A stretch of 64,000 nucleotides of DNA, from assembly GCF_009914755.1 (NCBI RefSeq), contig NC_060943.1. The stretch is one strand, 5' to 3'. Shown here piece after piece: positions 24,346 to 36,085 of the stretch. Numbering within the stretch: position 1 is the stretch's first letter; each line of letters starts with the position of its first letter. The DNA comes from the human T2T-CHM13v2.0 reference genome, Homo sapiens. A model generated the notes under the pieces. That model saw only the letters and a program-made list of their open reading frames with translations, did not search any database and was not told the origin of the DNA. Made by a program: the position numbers and the translations under genes.

Positions 24346-27300
24346 TAGAAATAGAAAAGAACAACAACAGATAAAACAATAGCAAGTCACTCCAAGTATT
24401 GTGGGAACAAACGAAATTCAGGTTAGAAAAAAAAAACAGGAAGAAGGTCTGAGTAGTGCCAGGTACTCAGGAGGCCGAGATGGGAAGAGCACCTGGGAGA
24501 GACCAGGGAGGTCAAGGCCACAGTGAATCATGATTGCATCCTTCTCCTGGACCTGAACGGTACTGCTGCCAGTGAGATTTATCTGGTTGACCTTAGACAT
24601 GGCAAGGCGAGACCCATCTGGTTGACCTTAGACATGGCAAGCTGGCAGCTAAGTCCAATGCTTTCAGCCAACATCTGTCTCAAATTAAAAAGCCAACAGT
24701 AAATATATAACAATAACAAAGATATAATAATTAAAAACCAATACATAAATAAGTGGGAGTGAACAATAGTAAAAGGTAATTAATATCACAATTAAGGTCT
24801 CTCTCTCTTTCTCTCTCTGTTTGTCACACCCAGGCTTGAGTGTGAAAAAATATAAACCAAAATGTCAACTTCAGCATGCAGGAAGGAGCATAGGAGAATA
24901 GAGAGAAAAAAGAACAAAGAAGAAAAATAACAGCAAGTCATCCTAAGTATTGTAGAAACAAACTGAAATTGTAGTTAGAGAAAAAAAAAGAAAGAGAGAA
25001 AAGTAAGGTTCTATCTGTCGCACGGACTCGAGAGGCCGAGATGGGAAGACCACCAGGCAAGACAGGGGAGATTGATGCCACAATGAATCACGATCGCATT
25101 TCTCTTCTGAGCCTGAACTGTACTGCTGCTGGTGAGAGCCATCTGGTCGACCTTAGACATGGAAAGGCGAGAGCCATCTGGTTGAACGTAGACATGACAA
25201 GCTGGCGGCTAAGTCCAACGCTTGTAGCCGACATCTGTCCCAAAATAAATAAATTTTTAAAATGAGTAAATATATAACAGTAACAAATAAATAATAACGA
25301 ACAATATTAAAGACCAGTACATAAATAAGTGGGAGTGAACAATGGTAAAAGGTAATTAATATCACAATTAAGATCTCCTTCCTCTCTCCATTTGTCACAC
25401 CCAGGCTGGAGAGTGACAAAAAATAAACCAAAAAGTCAACTTCAGTGTGCAGGAAGGAGCATAGGAGAATAGAGAAAGAAAAGAACAAAGAAGAAAATCA
25501 ACGGCAAGTAACTCTAAGTTTTGAGAAAACAACCTAAAATTAGGGTTAGGAAAAAAAAAAAAAAGCAGAGGAAGAAGGACCCTGTCATCCCAGCTACGTG
25601 GGAGGCTGAGATGGGAAGACAACCTGTGCGAGACCAAGGAGATAGAGGCCGAAGTGAATGATGATCGCGTCCTTCTGCTGGATCTGAATAGTACTGCCGC
25701 CAGCGATAGCCATCTGGTAGACCTAAGATATGGGCAGACGAGAGCCATCTGGACGACTTTAGACATGGCAAGGCGAGAGCGATCTGGTCGATCTTCGACA
25801 TAGGAAGGTGAGAGCTATTTTGTTGATTTTAGACATGAGAAGGTGAGAGCCATCTGGTAGACCTTAGACATGGCAAACTAGCAGATAAGCCCAACGCTTC
25901 TGGCCGATATCCATCTTAAAATAAATTTAAAAACCAACAGTAAATATATAACAATAACGAAGAATAAAAACAATATTAAAGACCAATACATAAAAAAGTG
26001 AAAGTGAACAATGGTGAAAGGTAATTAATGTCAAAATTAAGATCTCCTCACTCTGTCTCTCTTTCTCTCTCTCTCCCTCCTTGTTTCTCTCTCTCTTGGT
26101 TTGTCACACCAAGGCTGGATTGTGACAAAAATAAATCAAAAGGTCACTGTGCAGGAAGGAACATAAAGAAACAGAGAAAGAAAATAACAAAGAAGAAAAA
26201 CAACAGCAAGTCACTCTAAATATTGTGGAAACAAACTGAAATTGAGGTTAGAAAAACAACACAGGAAGGTCCAAGTAGTCCCAGGTACTTGGGAAGCCGG
26301 AGATGGGAAGACCACCTGAGGGAGACTGGGGAGATTGAGGATCCAGTGAATCACGATTGCATCCCTCTCCTGGACATAAATGGTACTGCCACTAGTGAGA
26401 TCCGTCTGGTCAACCTTAGGCGTGGGAAGGCGAGAGCCATCTGATCGACCTTAGACCTGGCAAGCTGGCGGCTAATTCCAATGCTTGCAGCCAACTTGTG
26501 TCTCAAAATAAATTTTTAAAACCACCAGTAAATATAGAACAATAACAAATAATAACAATATTAAAGACCAATACATAAATAAGCGGGCGTGAACAATAAT
26601 GAAAGATAATATCACAATTAAGATCTCTCTCTCTCCTCCGTTTGTCACACTCAGGCTGGAGTGTGACCAAAAATAAATGAAAACGTCAACGTCAGCATGC
26701 AAGAAGGAGCATAGGAGAAGAGAGAGAGAAAAGAACAACGAAGAAAAACAAAAGCAAATCACGCTAAATATTGTGGAAACAAACTGAAATTGGGGTTAGA
26801 AAAACAACACAGGAAGAAAGTTCATGTATTCTCAGGTACTTGGGTGGCCCAATTGGAAAGATCACCCAGGTGCGACCAGGGAGATTGAGGCCGCAGTGAA
26901 TCACAATCACATCTTTCTGCTGGACCTGAATGATACTGCCGCCAGCCAGAGCCATCTGGACGGCCTTAGACGTGGGAAGGCGAGAACCATCCGTTCGACT
27001 TCAGACATAGCAAGGCGATAGCCATCTGGTCGACCTTAGACATGGGAAGGTGAGAGCCATCTGGTCGACCTTAGATATTGGAAGGTGAGAGCCATCTGGT
27101 TGACCTTAGGCATGGCAAGCTGTGGACTCATTCCAATGCTTCTGGCTGAGATGGGAAGATCACCTGGATGAGACTGGGAAGATCGAGGCTGCAGTGAATC
27201 ACAATCCCATCTCTCTGTTGGACTTGAACAGCACTGCCGCCGGTGCGAGCCATCTGGTCGACCTTAGACATGAAAAAGCAAGAGCCATTTGTCATGTCTC

Positions 27301-29195
27301 CACCTCAGACATTACAAGGTGAGAGCCATCTTGTCAACCTTAGACATGGCAAGGCGAAAGCCCTCTGGTCGACCTCAGCCATGGCAAGAGGAGAGCCATC
27401 TAGTCGACTTCAGACATGGCAAGGCAAGAGCCATGTGGTCAACCTCAGACATGAAAAGGCAAGAGCCATCTGGTCGACCTGAGACATGACAAGGTGAAAG
27501 CCATCTGGTCGATCTCAGATATGGAAAAGTGAGAGCCATCTGGTCGACCTTAGACATACCGAAGCAAATGCCCTGTGGTAGACTGTAGACATGGCAAAGC
27601 GAGAACTGTCTGGGCAATTTCAGACATGGCCAGGCTAGAGCCTTCTTGTGGACCACAGACATGGCAAGAGGAGAACTGTCTGGTCGACCTGAGACATGAA
27701 AAGATGAAAGCCATCTGGTCGAACTCAGACATGGCAGAGTGGCATCTGGTTGACCTCAGACACAGCAAAGCAAGAGTGATCTTGTCGACCTCAAACATGG
27801 CATGGTGAGAGCCATCTTGGCCACCTTAGACACGGCAAGGTGAGAGCCATCATGTCAACCTCAAACATGGGAACACAAAAGCCATTTGGCTGACCTTAGA
27901 CATGGCAAGGCAAGAGCCATCTGGTCGACCTAAGACAGGGCAGGGCGAGGGCCATCTGGCCCACCTCAGAAATGGCAAGGTGAGAGCCATCTGGACATGT
28001 GACATGGCAAGGCAAGAACTATCTCGTTGACCTCAGACATGGCAAGGCAAGAGCCATCAGGAAGCCCTCAAACATGGCAAGGTGAAAGCCATCTCATCGT
28101 CCTTAGGGATGGCATGGTGAGAGCTATCTTGTCCACTCACACATGGCAAGGTGAGAGCCATCTTGTTGACCTCACACGTGGCAAGGTGAGAGCCATCTGG
28201 TTGACCTTAGACATGGCAAGGCGAAAGTCATCTGGTCCACCTTAGACAGGGAAGGGTGAGAACCATCTTGTCCACCTAGACATGGCAAGGCAAGAGCCAT
28301 CTGGTCGACTTCAATCATGGAAGCTGAGGGCCATCTGGTCAACCCCAAAAATAGGAAGGCAAGTCCAGCTAGTCAATCTTAGAAATTGCAAGGTGAGAGT
28401 TATCTGGTGGAACTTAGACATGGCAAGCTGGTGGCTATTTCAGTGCTTGAGGCTGACATCTGTATCAAAATAAATTTAAAAATCAACTATATATATAATA
28501 TCAAACAATATTAAAACCCAAATAAGGTGGGAGTGAACAATAATAAAAGGTAATTAATATCACAATTAAGAACTCCTCTCTCTGTGTGTGTCTTTCTCTC
28601 TCTCTCTTTTTGTTTGTGACACCAAACGGAAGGGTGAAGTGTGACAAAAAATAAAACATGACATGGGAAGGTGAGCACCATCTAATCTACCTTACATATG
28701 GCAAAGTGAGAGCCATGTGGTGGACCTCAGATATGGCAAGGTGAGAGCCATCTGGCCGAACTTAGTCATGGCAAGCTGGTGGCTAAATCCAAGGCTTGTG
28801 GCTGACAACTGTATCAAAAAAAAAAACCAAAAGTAAGTATATCACAATATCAAACAAATAACAACAATCTTAAAGATGAAATAATTAAGCTGAAGTTAAC
28901 AATAATAAAAGGTATTTAATACCACAATTGAGAACTCCTATCTCTCTCTCTCTCACTGTGTGTGTGTGTGTGTCTGTTTGTCACAACCAGTGTGAACTGT
29001 GACAAAAAATAAACCAAAGGTCAACTTCAGTGTGTAGGAAGGAGCATACAAGAATAGAGAGAGAAAAGAACAATGAAAAATTACAGCAAGTTACTCTAAG
29101 TATCGTGGAAACAAACTGAAATTGTGGTTAGAAAAAATACAGAGGAATAAGTTCCCAGTAGTCCCAGGTACTTGTGAGGCCGAGATGGGAAGACC
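24345..29195 (-). repeat. rDNA spacer-like tandem repeat (about 550-700 bp units) containing Sal-box clusters
   Basis: Landmark caag..actctaa.tattgtggaaacaaactgaaatt at about 24383, 24934, 25505, 26207, 26755 and 29087; each unit has an Alu-monomer-like part, 35-bp repeats, an A-rich tract and a (CT)n tract. Confidence 0.85.
27240..28430 (-). terminator. Main array of about 34 x 35-bp units, each with a Pol I terminator Sal-box core (AGGTCGACCAG on minus strand)
   Basis: Plus-strand unit gagagccatCTGGTCGACCTtagacatggcaaggc; intact CTGGTCGACC at 27254, 27365, 27470, 27540, 27680 and 27921 (also 25143, 27026, 27061); lies downstream of, and co-oriented with, the 28S remnant. Terminator function is inferred. 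Confidence 0.7.
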
Positions 29196-29216
29196 CTTGT
29201 TTAAAAGACTGTTGTA

Positions 29217-32200
29217 TAAAACTAACCTGTCTCATGACGTTCTAAACCAAGCTCAGGTTCCCTGCTATTGGGTGAACCATCCAACGCTTGGTGAATTCTG
29301 TTTCACAATAGGAAGATCCAACACCAAAGGATCAAAAAGCGATGTCGCTATGAACTCTTGGCCACTGCAAGGCAGTTATCCCTTGTCCACCTCAGACATG
29401 GCAAAGCAAGAGCCGTCTGGTCGACTTCAATCATAGCAGCTGAGGGCCATCTGGTCAACCATCTGGTATCTTCTCTGACACGTCTTGCTTAAAACCCAAC
29501 CAAAACGTCAAAAGGATCATGAGGCCCTGCTTTCCCGGTCTGTATTCATACTGAAAATCAAGATCAAGCAACTTCTGCCCTTCTGCTCCACAGGAGGTTT
29601 TGGTACTCCCTGCACTCACCTTCAGACACCTGCATTACTGTTTGACAGGTGTACCGCACCAGTCCGACTCTGCACTTGGCACTATTCCAGGACCAGTTAA
29701 CATCCAGCCAGCATGTGGCCAGGTGCTTGGCGCCAAAAGTGAGCCCCTTTTGGCTTTCCTCCCCAGCCCCAACTTCACCAGGTCAGTGAAAAAATGATCA
29801 GGGTAGTGGAATTTCACCGGCAGCCCACAAGGCCAGTGGACCTCACCCCATCTCCTCAGAGAAACAGAGGGGTGCTGGGGCCTTTCACTTATTCTACACC
29901 TCTCATGTCTCTTCACCATACCAGACTAGAGTCAGTCTCAACAGAGTCTTTGTTCCCTGCTGATTCTGTCAAGCCCATTCCTTTGGCTGTGGTTTCACTG
30001 GATAGCAGGTAGGAACAGTGGGAATCTTGTCCATCCATTCATATGAGTCACTAATTAGATGATGAGGCATTTGGCTACACTTAAGAGAGACATATTTACT
30101 CCTGCCATTTACTCGTGCTTCATTGAATTTCTTCATTTTGACATTCAGAGCACTGGGTAGAATTCACGTTGTGTCAACACCCACCATAGGCCTTCACCAT
30201 GCTTTGTTTTAAAAAGTCAGATTCCCCTGGTCTGCATCAGTTCTAAGAAGGCTGCTAGGAAGTGGCAATAGCAAGGTGGGCAGGGATAGGGAAGAGGAAG
30301 GTATGGCAAGGTGGGTGGAGGATGTCTGCAGAGGGGTGCCGCTAGCGTTGAGGGGTGGAGTACAGCACCTCATCCAGCCACTGCCTGCACCCAGCCCCAT
30401 TTCAAGCCCCAGCCAGACTGGCAAAGCCCTTAGAGCAAATTCTTACCCTGAACTTACTGATCCAGCTTGCTGATTTCCCTTACCTACATTGTTCTAACAT
30501 GCCAGAGGCTGTTTACCTTGGAGACCTGCTGTGGATATGGTTACAGCCTGGTGTGAGATTTACACCCTCTCCCCCAGATTTTCAAGGGCCTGTGAGAGCT
30601 CACCAGGTGCCTCCTGATCTATGATTCTTTCCAAGGCACAGACCTCTCTCTAAGGGTGAATCCACTACAGGGTGCCCTGCTCTTCACAAAAAGAACTCTC
30701 CCCTGGGCTCCCACCAGCTTCTCCAGGATCACTTCCATTACCTCCCTGAATGCCTCATGGTGCCCATCTCTGCCACTCCGGATTCAGAAATCTGAACTTG
30801 ACTCCGTTTCCATTGGCTGAGGGCAATGGAAGTCATCATCCATCCCTTCGGAATGGCACTCTCCTATCTCTGGGGACCGAGTGACCCATCTTCAACTGGA
30901 ACCCTTCTCCACTTCGGCCTTCAAAGTTCTCATTTGAATATTTGCTACTACCACCAAGATCTGCACCTGGGACAGCTCCACCCAGGCTCATGCCCAAGGC
31001 TTCAAGGCTCATTGCAGCGGTCCTCCCACTCATAGCAGCATAGCATCCTCGGGGCTCCAGCGGGAGCGACCACCCTCATCACTCCCATCCACTCTCAACT
31101 GCTGGCAATGGCCGGGTATGGGCCCAATGTTTCAGTACCATCCATTTTTCAGGGCGAGTTGATTCTTTGTTGTTAAACACTCCTTAGTGGATTCTGACTT
31201 CCATGCCCACCGTCCTGCTGTCTATATCAACCAACACATTTTCTGGGGTCTAATGGGCATCAGCATCAGGCACCCTAACATGGCATTTGGTTCATCCCAC
31301 AGCAGCAGTTCTGCTTACCAAAAGTTGCCCGCTAGGCACTCGCATTTCATACCTGGCCCCATGCCATCGAGCTGGGCTTCTAACCCATTTAAAGTTTGAG
31401 AATTGGTTGAGATCATTTTGACTCCAAGACCCCTAATCATTCGCTTTACCAAATAACTGCGTGGCATGGGGTTTTTGCGAGAGCGCCCGTTATCCTTAGG
31501 AAAACTTCAGAGGGAACCAGCTACTAGATGGTTGGATTAGTCTTTTGCCCCTATACCCAGATCAGATGACCGATTTGCACGTCAGGACCACTACAGACCC
31601 CCACCAGAGTTTCCTCTCGCTTCGCCCTGCCCAGGCATAGTTTATCATCTTTTGGTGCCTAACACAAGCGCTCATTCTCCACCTGCCCAGCACAGTGGGC
31701 GAGAGTGGACGGTGGTGCTCCCTTGGCAAACTGGAGAGGCCTCAGGATCCCGCCTCAGCCAGCCAGCGCATCAGCCTTCACCTTCATTGCGCCACAGTGG
31801 CTTTCGTGCGAGCCCCTGACTCGCACACGTGTTAGACCCTTTGGACCATGTTTCAAGATGGGTCATGTGGGTAGCCAACAGCGCCACCGGCCTCGTGCAC
31901 TTCTTCCACTGTTCTTTTGAAATGAGTGCATGGCCGAAGAGTCCCCCCAGACCCGACAGCACAACCAGCCTGGGGCACACCACAGTCAGCCCCTGCCCCT
32001 CACATGCGGCCTACTCGCTGGGGGCAGGGAAGGGGTGGTAGAGTAGTTACACCGTGGGAGGGGTGGCCCAGCCCCCTAGAGGGACGCTGTCATGCCCCCA
32101 CGGGGGATCCCCTCATGGGGGGCTCCCACTGGGGTGGGAGCAGGGAAGGGGAGAGCAGGGCAACAGGTCTCACTACCTCAGTCCCGGGATTCTGCGAGTG

Positions 32201-33028
32201 CTACTGCTGAGGGACTGTAACACTCGGGGTGTGGCCCAGCTCACCCCCCTCCAGAGGGATGGGGAGGACATGACCCCCCGAGCCACCTTCCCTGCCGGGC
32301 CTTTCCAGCCGTCCCAGAGCCAGTCACGGCGCAGCACCACAGTGGAAATGCATCTGGCGGTGGCCAGTCGCCGTCTGGAGGACAGTCCCCAAGGACTCCC
32401 CCGCCTGCCCAACCCACCCACCTCCGCACCTGCTGGGGCCCGCCACCTCCAAGGAGGAGGAGGGGTGGCCGAGGAGGGAGGGCGGTTGGAGGGGTCGGGA
32501 GGAACGGGAGGCAGGAAAGATCCGCCAGACCACTGGCACAGCCCGACCCGCCGCCTGTTTGAATCTTCCATCAGACTGCATGGATCCCACACATTTAAGT
32601 CTTAACGGTTTCACGCCCTCTTGAACTGCGTCTTCAAAGTTCTTTTCAACTTTCCCTTACAGTACTTGTTGACTATTGTCTCTTGAGCCAGTATTTAACC
32701 TTAGATAGAGTTTGCCACCAGCTTGAGGTTGCATTCCCAAGCAACCCGACTCTGGAAAGACCCAGGCGTGGCAGCCAGGGGCTGCTAATGGCCTCACACC
32801 GTCCACAGGCTGGCTGGGCCTCAATCAGAAGGACTTGGGCCCCCACAAGTGGCGTTGGGGAGTGAGTCTTCCATACGCCACATTTCCCGCACCCTACCAA
32901 GGGGCAGGGATTTGGCACTGGGATCACTGTTCACCTAACTTTACTAAGGGCATCCTGGTTAGTTCCATTTTCTCCGCTGACTAATATGCTTAAATTCAGC
33001 AGGTTGCCACCTCTAGCCTGAGGTCGCG
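29217..33028 (-). pseudogene. 28S rRNA pseudogene (3' end missing, CpG-decayed)
   Basis: Minus strand starts cgcgacctcag...gctgaatttaagcatattagtcagcggag (28S 5' end); conserved cores throughout (e.g. tcactaattagatgatgaggcatttggctac, taaaactaacctgtctca on plus); many CpG to TpG changes and indels. Confidence 0.97.
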
Positions 33029-33973
33029 TCTTGGAATAAAGGAAGAGACGGGCGGGCATGGAGGATGCGAGCCTGGACACTCGGTTGGGAGACAGGCCCA
33101 GTGAGGGAGGGGGGCGGGGGTGACAGAGAAGAGCTGCGGCTGACGGCGTCCCTGCCGCACCAGAGCCGGATGACGGGAGGGAGAAGCAAGAACTAGGGGC
33201 AGGGAATACACAGTACCCTCACCGTCCAGAGGACTGCGACTGAGGATGTGCTTCCACCCCCCCCCAATGCGGAAGCTCAAGGGGGCCACACGGGCGGCAC
33301 AGCCATGAACCAGAGGCAAGCACACAATGGCGGATGCTGCCATGGTGTCCCATGAGTCACCACCAGGGCACCGCCAGCACGCAGCTTGGCCTTGACCCCG
33401 ACCGGGGGGGTCACGCAGGGCAGACTTCTGGCCCCAGAAGTGCACAGCAGGCTGGGTGGGAGAGGAGGAGGGTGCAGGGAGGAGCAGCATTTGGCCGGAC
33501 ACCAGGCTGCCACCGGGGCGGGCGGTAAACTGTGGTGGGCGGTGAACTGTGGCGACCGGGATGAAATCTTGCTTTCCACCCCCCCAACCTTCCCCACCCC
33601 CCACCCGCCAATGTAGGACAGCACAGGACATTTTGCCCAGGCCCAGGCGAACCCTGGACCGCTTGCAGCACGAGGGAGCTCTCTAGGGGAACCCGGACTG
33701 TGGCAGCCACAGGAACTCGGCCCCAGCCGGCTCTTTTCCTTCCTCTCACAGGCAGTGGGATCCCTCCTAACCAAGGCTCCTTCCCCCACCACGTGGTCCC
33801 TCACAGGGTTTGCATGGATGAATGGGAGGTGGGAGGAAGGTGCTAATGGAAAAGGAGGGGGGCACCACAAGGCCTGTACTTGGGAGGACAGAGGGGCCAA
33901 CGAGCCCTGCAAGGGAACCGCCAGCCATGCACCCCTGGGAGGCCAGAAGCACCCCTTGGGATGATTGCTCAGC
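33029..33973 (-). other. rDNA ITS2 remnant
   Basis: GC-rich segment of about 945 bp lying exactly between the 5.8S 3' end and the 28S 5' end. Confidence 0.85.
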
Positions 33974-34128
33974 AAGTGATGACTCAGACAGGTGTAGCCC
34001 TGGGAGGAACACGGAGTCACAAGTGCATTTGAAATGATGATCAGTGTGTCCTGCAACTCACATTAATTCTCACAGCTGGCTGCATTCTTCATCAATGCAG
34101 GAGTGGAGTGATCCACCGCTAAGAGTTT
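33974..34128 (-). pseudogene. RNA5-8SP4: 5.8S rRNA pseudogene
   Basis: Minus strand actcttagcggtggatcactc...gagaattaatgtgagttgcaggacacactgatcatc...ggctacacctgtctgag. The 5.8S call is firm; the symbol is from recalled locus context only and needs BLAT confirmation. Confidence 0.95.
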
Positions 34129-34425
34129 CACAAAGTTCTTTGGTGAGGGACTCCCAACACCGGGAGGCCCTCCTGGCACAGCACATCCCCGAAGGGATTG
34201 CCTCAGGTCAGCCAATGAGACAGCACTGAGACAGAACTCTCAGAGGGGTTGGAAGGTTTCACCACAGGGGCATGCACACCACCCCCACAGGGGTGAGCAC
34301 AGACACCCAACAGTTGCCAGGGGGTTCCCACCCCTGACAACGCAGAGCCCAACATGGGCAGCACACACAATGGCACGATGGCCACCAGGTAAGCCCCCAC
34401 TCAGCAGCTGCAACCATGGCAATGA
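34129..34425 (-). other. rDNA ITS1 3' portion
   Basis: Minus strand gaaaccttccaacccctct...gctgtctc...ggctgacctgaggcaa...gccaggagggcctcccggtg resembles the mammalian ITS1 just upstream of 5.8S. Confidence 0.8.
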
Positions 34426-34426
34426 C

Positions 34427-34919
34427 AGGAGAAAAACAAACAACTCCATTAAAAAGTGAGCAAAAAACATAGACACTTCTTAAAAGAAGGCATGCATGTG
34501 CTCAACAAGCATACGAATAAAAGCTCAACATCACTGATCATTAGAGAAATGAAAAAAACACAATGAGATACCATCTCATACCAGTCAGAATGGATATAAT
34601 TAAAGGGTGAAAAAATAAATTCTGGTGAGGTTGTGGAGAAAAGGGAAGACTTATACCCTGTTGGTGGGAGTGTAAATTAGTTCAGCCATTGTGAAAAGCA
34701 GTTAGGTGATTTTTCAAGGAGCTAAAAGCAGAACTACCATTTGATAGCTCTGCTAGCCATCCCATTACTGCATATATATCCAGAGAAATGTAAATTATTT
34801 TACCATAGAGACCCATGCATTCAAATGTTCATTCCAGCACTATACAATAGCAAGATATGGTCAACCTAAATGCCATCAATGACAGACTGGATAAAGAAAA
34901 TGTTGTATATATACACCAT
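34427..34919 (+). mobile_element. Old L1 (L1PA-old/L1PB-like) ORF2 3' fragment
   Basis: atgagataccatctcataccagtcagaatgg, gttggtgggagtgtaaattagttcagccattgtg, ggataaagaaaatg. Confidence 0.9.
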
Positions 34920-36031
34920 TTCCTCTCATAATAGTGATTTGATCCAAATAAGGAGTCAAAGTCCATGAATGAGTATGTGGAATGAAAAGCCACTCTACAA
35001 GATCTTGCTCTTGAACAATAACACCAGTAGGTGAATGCTGAGTTGGAAAAATTAGCAAATCTAGAGTCTTCTCTGGATCTATTCTATTTATTTGAGCCTT
35101 ATGGACTTGCTTTTTGATTAGCTGTAACTCGACCTCAGCCTCCTTTGTTAATTGCTGAGGGCAAGTGAGACTAGGACCTCCTCTAAGGATGGAAAATAGA
35201 TTACTCATGGCATAGGTAGGAATGTCTAGAGCAAGTCGTATCCAATTAATGTCCCTAGTAATTTTTGAAAGTCATTAAATGTTTTCAGTTGATCCCTATG
35301 TATGGTTACTTTCTGTGGCACAATGGTAGTGTCATTTACTAAGGTCCCCAAGTAAGAGTAAAGATTAGTAGTCTGAATTTTGTCAGGAGCTATAATTAAA
35401 CCAGCATGAGAAATTGAATTTTGCAAGTAATCATAACATTGGAATAATATTTCTTGAGTGGGGGCACCACAAAATATATCATCCATCTGATGAATAATGT
35501 AACACTGAAAGTTTTTTACCAGTAGGTTCAATTGCTTGCCCTACATAAGTCTGGCAAATTGTTGAACTGTTTAACATGCCTTGTGGCAACACTTTCCAGT
35601 GAAAATGCCTAGCAGGCTGCAGGTTGTTTACAACAGGAATCATGAATGCAAACCATTCACAGTCTTGCTCAGCTAAGGGGATAGAAAAGAAAGTCTTTTA
35701 AATCTATGATTATTAAAGGCCAATTTTTCCAAATCATAGCAGGAGAAGGCAATCCTGGCTGCAATTCCCCCATAGGTTGTATAACTGAATTAATGGCTCT
35801 TAAGTCAATTAACATTCTCCATTTACCTGATTTTTTCTTAATTACGAAAACTGGAGAATTCCAAGGGGAAAATGTTGGAGCTGTGTGTCCTTTTTCTAAT
35901 TGTTCAGTAATTAAGTCTTCTAAAGTCTCCAGTTTCTCTTTACTCAGCGGCCATTGTTCTATCCAAATTGGCTTATCTGTTAACCATTTTAAAGGCATAG
36001 GTTTTGGAGGCTTAACAATGGCCACCATCAA
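34920..36031 (-). pseudogene. HERV-K pol (reverse transcriptase) remnant
   Basis: [53 protein letters not shown] (YMDD-like); frameshifts and stops. Confidence 0.9.
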
Positions 36032-36085
36032 AAATGATATCCTAAACCTTGGAGGGAACTTTTCTTCCTGCTTGAAGCAGTTCCT

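Noticed and set aside
27240-28430. CRISPR-like appearance of regularly spaced ~35-bp repeats with a palindromic core
   Set aside because: Units are head-to-tail with no unique spacers, there are no cas genes, and the context is primate.
29366-29384. Insertion next to the AGGGATAAC motif, where group I introns and homing endonuclease sites occur in other organisms' LSU rDNA
   Set aside because: The insert is a local copy of the Sal array with microhomology and has no intron or endonuclease features; the position is probably coincidental.
29217-34128. Functional 28S/5.8S rRNA genes
   Set aside because: No 18S or promoter, 3' truncation, an insertion in the peptidyl-transferase region, and heavy CpG decay with indels in conserved cores.
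29794-34476. ORFs of 60-259 aa across the rDNA remnant
   Set aside because: GC-rich rRNA/ITS sequence is stop-poor, and no protein family is recognisable.
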